NCBI GenBank assembly: GCA_035636135.1
Contig: DASPZT010000093.1
Span: 1 to 37,624 of the forward strand
Direction of reading: 5' to 3'
From: Candidatus Limnocylindria bacterium
GTDB lineage: Bacteria; Chloroflexota; Dormibacteria; CF-121
DNA: 37,624 bases
The translations under genes were made by a program, and so were the position numbers. Shown piece after piece: positions 31,075-37,624 of this stretch. A model generated the notes under the pieces. It did no database searches and was not told the DNA's origin. It was given only the letters and a program-made list of their open reading frames with translations. The first letter of the stretch is position 1; the number at the start of each line of letters is the position of its first letter.

Positions 31075-31131
31075 GTGACAGGCAGCTGTCACGACGCCCT
31101 GCTTGACTTTCGCCATGCGTCACGACAGGAT
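31075..31131 (+). promoter_or_regulatory. Second copy of the GTGACAGGCAGCTGTCA(C) palindrome followed by TTGACT-17-CAGGAT
   Basis: Palindrome at 31075-31092 (7-bp arms, 4-nt spacer). TTGACT at 31103-08 and CAGGAT at 31126-31. GAAGGAG at 31162-68 and GTG start at 31174. Confidence 0.45.
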
Positions 31132-31173
31132 GGACCGCAATACCGGTCCCGCCCACGTCTTGAAGGAGTCGCA

Positions 31174-32295
31174 GTGAACGTCATAGATCTGGTCCTGCTG
31201 GGCGTCGCCCTGGGCGCGGTGGGCCTGGCTCTCGGGTTGCTGGCTCGTGGCCGGCGGAGCACCCCGCCCGACTCCCTTCTGCGGTCGCTGGCCGACCTCG
31301 GTGGGGTGAAGGCCCAGATGGATGCCCTCACAGCCCAGCAAGTTGGGCTGACCCAGACGCTGGGCGGGCTGCAGACGGCGCTGCAGGGCGTGGAGACCCG
31401 GATCGTGCAGAGCTCGGCCGGCGTGCAGGAAACGCTGGGACGGCAAGTGCAGGAAGCGCGGGTCGCGGTCGAACGGCTAAAGGCCGACGCCATGGCCCGT
31501 CAGCGCCTCGAGGAAGAGATCCAGGCATCCTCGCGGCGAATCGAGACGGTGTTGCTGGGCAGTCGCACCCGGGGCGCCGCCGGCGAGAACATCCTGCACG
31601 ACGCGTTCAAGCAGTTTCCACCGGGCATGATCGACATGAATTTCCGGGTCAACGGGAAGGTCGTCGAGTACGCGCTCGTGCTCGCCAACGGAAAGCGGCT
31701 GCCCATCGACAGCAAGTGGCCGCTGCCCGAGCTCCTGGACCGGCTGGCTCAGGGGGACCATCCCGATGAGGCCGGCGCAGCAATCTCCGATGAGGTCGAG
31801 CGGGTGTTGAAGAATAAGATCCGGGAAGTCCGCCAGTACATCGACCCGTCCGTGACCCTGCCGTGGGCGATCGCGGCGGTCCCGGATCCCGTGTTCCAGG
31901 CGTGCCGGCGGGCCCACATCGAGGCCCACCGCGAGGGGGTGGTGCTGATGCCGTACAGCATGGCGGTGCCATTCATCCTGGCCCTGTTCCGCCTGCATCT
32001 GCAGAACTTAAGGACCGTCGATATCGAGAACCTGGAAGGGTATCTGCAGCAAATCGAAGACGGAATCACCACCCTGGATCGCTCGCTGGAGAACAGCATC
32101 TCCCGGGGCAGCACCATGATCCAGAACGCTTACACCGATTCCAAGCGAACCTTGGGCCAGATGCGCGGGGCCGTCGCCGCCCTGCGGTCGGTCCCGGACG
32201 CCAGCCTGGTGGTCGAGCACGACCAGGCCGACCTGCTGCCCATCCAGGCCGACGGTCCCGGGAATGGCGCCGGCCGACCCCGCCTCGTTTCTTAG
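31174..32295 (+). CDS. rmuC: DNA recombination protein RmuC
   Basis: N-terminal TM anchor and coiled coil, then RGAAGENILHDAF...VEYALVLANGKRLPIDSKWPL and VRQYIDPSVTLPWAIAAVPDPVF, matching the RmuC nuclease-like core. GTG at 31174 has a strong SD. Confidence 0.8.
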   Translation: MNVIDLVLLGVALGAVGLALGLLARGRRSTPPDSLLRSLADLGGVKAQMDALTAQQVGLTQTLGGLQTALQGVETRIVQSSAGVQETLGRQVQEARVAVERLKADAMARQRLEEEIQASSRRIETVLLGSRTRGAAGENILHDAFKQFPPGMIDMNFRVNGKVVEYALVLANGKRLPIDSKWPLPELLDRLAQGDHPDEAGAAISDEVERVLKNKIREVRQYIDPSVTLPWAIAAVPDPVFQACRRAHIEAHREGVVLMPYSMAVPFILALFRLHLQNLRTVDIENLEGYLQQIEDGITTLDRSLENSISRGSTMIQNAYTDSKRTLGQMRGAVAALRSVPDASLVVEHDQADLLPIQADGPGNGAGRPRLVS

Positions 32296-32346
32296 CCCGC
32301 CCCGCGCCCAAGATGCGAGTTCGACTCGGTGGATCCGGGCTTAGCC
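32291..32346. repeat. Short (56-bp) derivative of the MITE-like element (ends only)
   Basis: cttagcccgc...cggtggatccgggcttagcc. The right end matches the copy B right end (ccgaccggtggatccggcctta). The rmuC TAG stop (32293-95) lies in the left end. Confidence 0.5.
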
Positions 32347-32810
32347 TAAAACGTCTGGAAGTGGGCCAGGCGAGCCGCCAGCAGCAGCAGGACGATGGCG
32401 CCGACCACGATCAGCATGGTTTTCTGGTCAATCATCGTCCCGGCTTTTACGGTCAGCATCTCGTCCGCCGTCGACGACAGGTCGCCATTGCTGGCCTGCA
32501 GGATATAGGTGCCGTCCTCGAGATCGGCCGGGACCTGGACCATGAGGTGGTTGGTGTCCGGGGCCTCAATGGTCGTGGCCGCACGACCGCCGATCACCAC
32601 CCGGGTCGTGGTGGCCAGGTTCTGGCCGATGAGGACGATGTTTGGCTGGACCTTGAGGTTGATCGTGGCGGGGCTGACCATGAAGACCTTCGGGGTCTTC
32701 CGCGGGGTGGCCGCGGTGGGGTGATCGACGGCGGCAGCCGAGGTCACCGTGCACGCCAGGGCGAACCCCAGGAGCATGGTGGCCGCCAGCAGACGTCGTC
32801 CGACCTTCAT
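32346..32810 (-). CDS. Secreted, C-terminally membrane-anchored protein with an Ig-like (IPT/TIG-like) domain
   Basis: Signal peptide MKVGRRLLAATMLLGFALACT, a beta-rich middle (VSPATINLKVQPNIVLIGQNLATTTRVVIGG...) and a C-terminal TM helix (LIVVGAIVLLLLAARLA). gaggaag SD. Confidence 0.6.
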   Translation of the reverse strand: MKVGRRLLAATMLLGFALACTVTSAAAVDHPTAATPRKTPKVFMVSPATINLKVQPNIVLIGQNLATTTRVVIGGRAATTIEAPDTNHLMVQVPADLEDGTYILQASNGDLSSTADEMLTVKAGTMIDQKTMLIVVGAIVLLLLAARLAHFQTF

Positions 32811-32932
32811 CTTGTGAAAAGCTTCCTCAAATTGGATAACGGTGCCCCGGTCGGCCCTGATAGTGGCTGTGGTCCCAATGACCTACGGTGCCGTCCGTAT
32901 GGCCTCAGCGGGGGCGTAATGCCCCTCGTTAC

Positions 32933-32965
32933 AAAGAGGCCTCCGCTGCGTGCGGAGGCCTCTTT
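32933..32965. terminator. Bidirectional intrinsic terminator
   Basis: Perfect 14-bp stem aaagaggcctccgc / gcggaggcctcttt with a 5-nt loop. The A/T triplets give a U-stretch on either strand. It lies 16 nt below the H1-like gene stop. Confidence 0.7.
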
Positions 32966-32980
32966 CTGATTGGCTCTTGG

Positions 32981-33481
32981 CTAGCGGCTGGAGCCGCCGC
33001 CGGGCCAGGTCTGTTCTGGCGGTCGCTCGCCGATCTTCACCCGTTCGGATCCTGGGAACGACCCGGCGTTTTCACTCCCAAACGGGGATTCCGCGGGTCG
33101 GGCCACCGGCCGCTGGGTCGGAGCTGGCGACGGCGCCGGGCTGGCGGCCGGCCGGGGAGCCGGAGCCGGCCGAGGCGGGGCCGGTGCCGGCCGGAATGCG
33201 GCCGGTGCGGGAGCCGGAGCCGGCTTGGGGGCGACGAAGGCCGGCTTGGCAGCGGCCACGGCCGCCTTGGGCGCGGCCGCCTTGGCGACAGCCGGTCGCC
33301 GGGCGGTCGCCTTCTTTGCCGACCGCTTGGCCGTGCTCTTCTTGGCCGTGGTCTTCTTGGCCGTGGCCTTCCTGGCGGTGCTGCGCTTGGCCGTGCTCTT
33401 CTTGGCCTTGCCCCCCGATCGCCGGGCGGACGCTTTCTTGGGCGCCGCCTTCTTCGCGGACTTCTTCTTCTTCGCCGGCAT
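32981..33481 (-). CDS. Lys/Ala-rich histone H1-like basic protein with a Pro/Ala-rich middle and distinct C-terminal tail
   Basis: MPAKKKKSAKKAAPKKASARRSGGKAKKSTAKRSTARKATAKKTTAKKSTAKRSAKKATARR... ATG at 33481 is preceded by aAGGAGGg, with a good promoter upstream and a strong terminator downstream. Confidence 0.75.
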   Translation of the reverse strand: MPAKKKKSAKKAAPKKASARRSGGKAKKSTAKRSTARKATAKKTTAKKSTAKRSAKKATARRPAVAKAAAPKAAVAAAKPAFVAPKPAPAPAPAAFRPAPAPPRPAPAPRPAASPAPSPAPTQRPVARPAESPFGSENAGSFPGSERVKIGERPPEQTWPGGGSSR

Positions 33482-33569
33482 TCCTAAGACCCTCCTTGTT
33501 GCGAGTTCACCACTCGCCCGCTGGGATTTTCGTGTCACAAGGCACGAATGATGTCGACCTACGCTGCGT

Positions 33570-33598
33570 GTTATAGCATCGCGTCCCGGCAAAGACAA
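33570..33598 (-). promoter_or_regulatory. Sigma70-like promoter of the H1-like gene
   Basis: On the minus strand: TTGTCT (33598..33593), 17 nt, then TATAAC (33575..33570). Confidence 0.5.
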
Positions 33599-33626
33599 GG
33601 TGCGGGTGGGGCCGCGCCTGCTGGCG

Positions 33627-35219
33627 TTACATGCCCAGTACGGCGCTGGTCCCAGGCCGTGGATCGCCGGCGCCGCACAAGGTGCCGTCAGCCTCGAGCG
33701 TGACCAGCTGGGCTGCGCCGCCGGCCGCCCAGCCGCCCATCATGCTGGCGGCGTGGCCTCGCGCCTGGAGCTCGGTCAGGACGTCGGCGCCGACCCGGGC
33801 CTCCAGATTCAGGCTGGTGTCGGACCAGTCGGTCTGTGATCCCATCGTCCAGCGCGGCGCGTCGACGGCTGCCTGCGCGCCGGCCTGGAAATCGACCAGC
33901 TGGCTGATCAGCTGCAGGTTGGTCTGGATCTGCCAAAAAGCGCCTGGGGTTCCGCCCACCGCGCGCGGCTGCTCTTCCTGGAAGAGCAGCCACGAGTTCA
34001 GGGTGTGGATCGGTCGCTTGCCTGGGGCGAGGCTGTTGGGGCTGTCCGGCTCCAGCGAGAACCCCGCCATCCGATTGTTCAGGAGAATGCCGGTGTCCCC
34101 GGCCATCACACCGCTGCCGCTGTACAGGCTGTGAATGTAGGAAACGATGGTCCGGTCCCCGTCGACGACGCAGAGGTAGGTGGTATCGGGGGGCCCTGCC
34201 GGCGCGGGCGCCAGCATGGCTGCTCGCCGGCGGTCCAGCCGCTGCGCCTGCAGTCGGGCTCGAGTGGCGGAGAGCAGGGACGCGATCGGCACCTGCTCGA
34301 AACGAGGGTCGCCGAGGCGACCCAGGCGGTCGGCCAGGGCCAGCTTGAACGCCTCCACCTGCAGGTGGATCGTTTCGGGGCTGGCTGGGGCCAGGTGGGG
34401 CAGGTCGAAGTGCTCCAGGATCATCAGTGCCAGCAGGACCACGATGCCCTGGGAGACGGGCGGCTGCTCGTAAACGGTCCACCCGCGGTAGGTGGCCCGC
34501 AATGGTTCGAGCACGACGGTGCGGTGTTCGGTCAGGTCCTGGGCGGTGAAAAAACCGCCGCCCTGGTCCGACGCCGCCACCAGCGCCGCCGCGATCTCGC
34601 CCCGGTAGAAATCATCCGGCCCGGCCGTCTGCAGGCGGCGCAACGTTCGGCCGAGCGCCGGCTGCCGGAGCCGGTATCCCGGCTGGGGCGCGGACCCGCC
34701 GGGTAGGAAGATGGCGGCCGTCTCCGGGGTAAACGCGGCAGCCATCTCCTCGATGCTGCGGGACTGCCGGGCGGTGAGCGGAAAGCCGTCTTCGGCGTAG
34801 GCAATGGCGGGTTCCAAGAGCTGGGCCAGTGAACGGCTGCCGAAGCGTTCCAGGGCCACCCGCCAGGCGTCGACCAAGCCGGGGACCGTGGATGCCCACC
34901 AGCCGGTCTCCGGAATCGCGCCGCGGGCCGCAAAGGCATCCAGCCGGGCCGCGGCGGGGGCAGCCCCGCTGCCGTTGATGGCGGTGACCTGACCGGTCTC
35001 CCCCGACCGGACCAGGAGGAACCCGTCGCCGCCCAGCTGGCCGCTCCAGGGCTCGGTCACGGTGAGGACGGCTCCGGCCGCAACCGCGGCATCCACGGCA
35101 TTGCCGCCTCGCCTGAGGACGTCCAGGCCGGCTGAGCTGGCCAGCACATTGACGCTGGCGATCATGGCGGTCGGGGCCCGCCGGGGTTCTTGCGCCGGCC
35201 AGGAGCCCTCCGAACTCAA
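33627..35219 (-). CDS. ggt: Gamma-glutamyltranspeptidase
   Basis: Autoprocessing/nucleophile context PPDTTYLCVVD, N-terminal ASSAGLDVLRRGGNAVDAAVA and C-terminal GAGDPRPG. The TTG at 35219 overlaps the upstream stop (TTGA); the alternative start is ATG 35165. Confidence 0.9.
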   Translation of the reverse strand: MSSEGSWPAQEPRRAPTAMIASVNVLASSAGLDVLRRGGNAVDAAVAAGAVLTVTEPWSGQLGGDGFLLVRSGETGQVTAINGSGAAPAAARLDAFAARGAIPETGWWASTVPGLVDAWRVALERFGSRSLAQLLEPAIAYAEDGFPLTARQSRSIEEMAAAFTPETAAIFLPGGSAPQPGYRLRQPALGRTLRRLQTAGPDDFYRGEIAAALVAASDQGGGFFTAQDLTEHRTVVLEPLRATYRGWTVYEQPPVSQGIVVLLALMILEHFDLPHLAPASPETIHLQVEAFKLALADRLGRLGDPRFEQVPIASLLSATRARLQAQRLDRRRAAMLAPAPAGPPDTTYLCVVDGDRTIVSYIHSLYSGSGVMAGDTGILLNNRMAGFSLEPDSPNSLAPGKRPIHTLNSWLLFQEEQPRAVGGTPGAFWQIQTNLQLISQLVDFQAGAQAAVDAPRWTMGSQTDWSDTSLNLEARVGADVLTELQARGHAASMMGGWAAGGAAQLVTLEADGTLCGAGDPRPGTSAVLGM

Positions 35220-36010
35220 TGGCGCTCGAGCCAGGCGAGGACGGTGCGGTTGACCTGGTCTCGCTCCAGGTCGACGGTGATGGTGTGCCCTGAGAGCTCG
35301 AACCAGATGAGCTGCTTATCAGCGGAGCCGAGTCGTTCCAGGATGTAGGGAGCATTCTGGACGGGCACGGTGCGGTCGCGACGACCGTGCAGGAGCAGGG
35401 TGGGTACCCGGATCGAAGGCAGTTCCTTCTGCACCACCCGGAGGAAGTGCATCAGGCTCTCGATGCAGACCGAGGGCCGGCGGGCATAGCTATGCAGGGC
35501 CAGCAGTCGGGACGGGTCTCCCAGGTCGCAGTCAGCCGATGGAACGTGCCAGGGCAGCACGTATTTGAGCCACCGGATGATCCACAGCCGCCGGTCCGGG
35601 AAGAGCCGAGGATTTCCCATCGCCCCCATGGGTACGATGCCCCGGATGTCCGGGTTGTTGGCCGCCAGGTGAAGGGCCATGGTGCCGCCCAGCGATTGGC
35701 CGGCCACGAAGACCTCGCGACAGTCCTGGCGGAGCCGGTCGAGCGCGTGCTGGGCGGACCGCGCCCAATCCGTCCAGCGGGTCCGGGCCATGGCCTCGGG
35801 GGTCTCGCCATGGCCGGCCATCACCGGACCCAGGGCATCGTACCCGTGGACGGCCAGGAACTCACCCAGCTCGCGGACCTCGGGAGGAGTGCCGGCGAAG
35901 CCGTGAAGGAGCAGGCAGCCGCGACTCCCGCCCCGAAGCCGGAATGGCCGGATCGCCTCGGCGTCCGTGGGCGTATTCCAGATCGTTCCGGGCGGGCTGA
36001 GGGACCGCAC
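35216..36010 (-). CDS. Alpha/beta-hydrolase carboxylesterase/lipase-like protein
   Basis: LLLHGFAGTP, nucleophile elbow GQSLGG and a C-terminal His context (SGHTITVD). GTG start at 36010. Confidence 0.85.
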   Translation of the reverse strand: MRSLSPPGTIWNTPTDAEAIRPFRLRGGSRGCLLLHGFAGTPPEVRELGEFLAVHGYDALGPVMAGHGETPEAMARTRWTDWARSAQHALDRLRQDCREVFVAGQSLGGTMALHLAANNPDIRGIVPMGAMGNPRLFPDRRLWIIRWLKYVLPWHVPSADCDLGDPSRLLALHSYARRPSVCIESLMHFLRVVQKELPSIRVPTLLLHGRRDRTVPVQNAPYILERLGSADKQLIWFELSGHTITVDLERDQVNRTVLAWLERH

Positions 36011-36076
36011 GTTCGGCAGTGTACCGTCCGCAAGTTCACCCCGGAGCCCGGGTTATACGACGCGGGGGTTATCACT

Positions 36077-36397
36077 GTGGCAATTGTCGGCTGGATTATC
36101 GCGCTCGCCCTGGGGATCGGCCTGGCCCTGTTCGCGGTCCAGAACCAGGGGAGCGTGCCCATCAGCTTCTGGGGCGTGCCGTCCCAGGTCCTGCCCGTCT
36201 GGTCGCTGGTGCTGGCTTCCGCCGCCGTGGGGGCGCTGATGGTCGGGATCATCGCGATGATCGGCCGGCTGCGTCTGTATCTCGGTGGCCGCCACAACCG
36301 GAAGGTGCTCACCGAACACAAGCGGATGATCGTGGAGCGCGATAACCGCATCCACGAGCTGGAGCAGGAAATCTTCCGTCTGCGCGGAGCGGCCTGA
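36077..36397 (+). CDS. LapA-domain (DUF1049-like) small membrane protein
   Basis: Two TM helices followed by an amphipathic coiled tail (KRMIVERDNRIHELEQEIFRLR). Only the 3' third of track ORF 35387..36397 is credible, because the rest is antisense to the esterase. GTG at 36077. Confidence 0.55.
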   Translation: MAIVGWIIALALGIGLALFAVQNQGSVPISFWGVPSQVLPVWSLVLASAAVGALMVGIIAMIGRLRLYLGGRHNRKVLTEHKRMIVERDNRIHELEQEIFRLRGAA

Positions 36398-36404
36398 CGC
36401 CCCG

Positions 36405-36833
36405 ATGGAACTCAAGGTCTGCCCGCTCTGCGGGTACCGCTACAACGCGCCCGAAAACCAGTACTGCGGCAAGTGCAAGGGCTGGATGGGGGCAGGGGCC
36501 GCCCCGGCTGGGGGCGCGGTCGCCGTCGCCGGACCACCCCGCTCGGGCCTGATCCCGCGCACCCTCCCGGAGCTGGCCTGCTACCTGCCGGTGCCCCTGC
36601 TGGCGCTCTGGAACGGGCCCAATCCGTTCGGTGCCGCCTTCGGCCTGTTAATGGCCAGCCTGCTGCTGAAGGGGGTCCGGGTGGAGATGAACCGCTTCTC
36701 CAAGGGCCTCCTGTTGGGCATCATTGTGGGCGGCATCTTCTTCGTCTACTTGATCTTCCTGCTGATCTTCGGCTGGATTTACTTCGTCGTCGAGCCGCTG
36801 CTCGAGCCAGTGATCAAGCTGGTCAAGCATTAG
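36405..36833 (+). CDS. Zinc-ribbon (CPLCG...CGKC) membrane protein
   Basis: N-terminal CxxC-x13-CxxC followed by 2-3 TM helices. It starts 7 nt after the previous gene. Confidence 0.55.
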   Translation: MELKVCPLCGYRYNAPENQYCGKCKGWMGAGAAPAGGAVAVAGPPRSGLIPRTLPELACYLPVPLLALWNGPNPFGAAFGLLMASLLLKGVRVEMNRFSKGLLLGIIVGGIFFVYLIFLLIFGWIYFVVEPLLEPVIKLVKH

Positions 36834-36844
36834 GGCTGGCGCGG

Positions 36845-37624
36845 TTAGCCAGCCGATCGGTTCGGTTCAGTTGCCCCGGCGGCGGTGCGGGTGCCGGCCG
36901 AGCTGGGTGTCAGCCAGTTGAGCGCGTTCAGGTACGCCCGCACGCCGGCCTCCACCACGTCCACCGACACGGCACGACCCACGACCACCTGGGTGCCGTA
37001 GCTCAGGGTGACGACCGCCTCGCCGAGTGCATCGCTCCCCCGGGTGGCGGCCGCCAGGCTGAAGTCTTCCAGCTCGGGGGCGATGCCGGTGACCTCCTGG
37101 ACTGCCTTGAAGCAGGCATCCAGCGGCCCGGCCCCAGAGGCCCTCGCGCTCTGGCGGGTGCCCTCCACCAGGACTGTCACCGAAGCGGTGCACGGAAGGC
37201 CGCTCTGCAGGTGGGTGTCGATCTCGTCCAGGGCATAGCGGCCGGGCGTGGTCCGACCCTGGGCCTCGTCGGCGGCGAGCCGGATGTCTTCCGGGTACAG
37301 GACGCGCTTGCGCTCGGCCAGGTTGAGGACGAGCGAGTACGCGGCGCTGAGGCCGGCCTCATCGAGGGTGATGCCCATTTCGGTGAGCTCGTCGGCGAGC
37401 CGCCGGCGGCCGCCCTCCGTCCCGACCTGGCCCGACTTCGGATCGTATCCCAGGTCGACTGGATCGATGAACGACGGCGCCAGGGACTTCGGCCGCCGGG
37501 GCGGACTCAAGGTTGCCCTCGGGAATGCGCTCCGGACCTCTTCCACCCAGCGCTCCCAGCCGGAATAATCCATGGTCGCCAGCATGGCCATGTAGGCGTC
37601 GAAGCGCAGCAGGAGGGCGCTGGG
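36845..37624 (-). CDS. C-terminal part of 2-isopropylmalate/citramalate synthase family protein (partial, continues beyond the window)
   Basis: LeuA_dimer-type regulatory domain (GAGPLDACFKAVQEVTG...RGSDALGEAVVTLSYGTQVVVGRAVSVDVVEAGVRAYLNALN). The frame stays open to the window edge. Confidence 0.75.
   Translation of the reverse strand, partial: PSALLLRFDAYMAMLATMDYSGWERWVEEVRSAFPRATLSPPRRPKSLAPSFIDPVDLGYDPKSGQVGTEGGRRRLADELTEMGITLDEAGLSAAYSLVLNLAERKRVLYPEDIRLAADEAQGRTTPGRYALDEIDTHLQSGLPCTASVTVLVEGTRQSARASGAGPLDACFKAVQEVTGIAPELEDFSLAAATRGSDALGEAVVTLSYGTQVVVGRAVSVDVVEAGVRAYLNALNWLTPSSAGTRTAAGATEPNRSAG

Noticed and set aside
35387-36076. 5' two-thirds of ORF 35387..36397
   Set aside because: It is antisense to the well-supported esterase gene. 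Only the membrane/coiled-coil C-terminal part (from GTG 36077) lies in intergenic space and looks like a LapA-type protein.
1-37624. rRNA, tRNA, tmRNA, known riboswitches, integrases or transposases
   Set aside because: Scanning the gene-free gaps (106-254, 4153-4354, 5866-6048, 7474-7607, 9267-9380, 21376-21497, 26893-27003, 29400-29563, 32811-32980, 33482-33626) by eye showed no cloverleaf-like or known riboswitch consensus sequences. No ORF has recombinase motifs. A covariance-model scan (Infernal/tRNAscan) would be needed to be certain.

Overview
High-GC (about 68%) bacterial chromosomal window, taxon not determinable by eye. About 40 genes are supportable; the many long antisense ORFs in the track are GC-driven shadows. 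All domain calls come from motifs read by eye, with no searches run. Most content is housekeeping or accessory metabolism: PHP phosphoesterase, a hotdog-thioesterase/haloalkane-dehalogenase-like fusion, a LysM-CHAP wall hydrolase, an amidase with a coupled micro-ORF, a membrane molybdopterin oxidoreductase + ApbE + ferric-reductase-like cluster, class V aminotransferase, DedA-RDD fusion, DUF885, amidohydrolase, S8 protease, a GGDEF cyclase with a paralogous sensor-only gene, SAM methyltransferase, SIS protein, UDG-like protein, rhodanese, RmuC, H1-like basic protein, GGT, esterase and a LeuA/CimA fragment. No rRNA, tRNA, CRISPR array, transposase or integrase was seen.

The most interesting stretch is about 21.4-28.1 kb. 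It holds a compositionally deviant HicA-like/HTH pair, then a convergent operon of a Mre11/SbcD-like nuclease and a 1069-aa Rad50/SMC-like ATPase whose coiled-coil apex is replaced by a two-helix membrane hairpin. A divergent HTH-WYL regulator follows. A near-identical ~30-nt block sits upstream of both the HicA-like gene and the WYL gene.

A separate 17-19-nt palindrome (GTGACAGGCAGCTGTCA) lies upstream of a leaderless-looking hypothetical gene and of rmuC. Its downstream half resembles the WYL (PafBC)-dependent RecA-independent damage promoter of actinobacteria.

Other leads:
- an orphan 474-aa protein with a wHTH and an Mrr-like nuclease-fold C-terminus
- a ~180-bp MITE-like palindromic element whose ends carry the stop codons of flanking genes
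- two paralogous small proteins of unknown family
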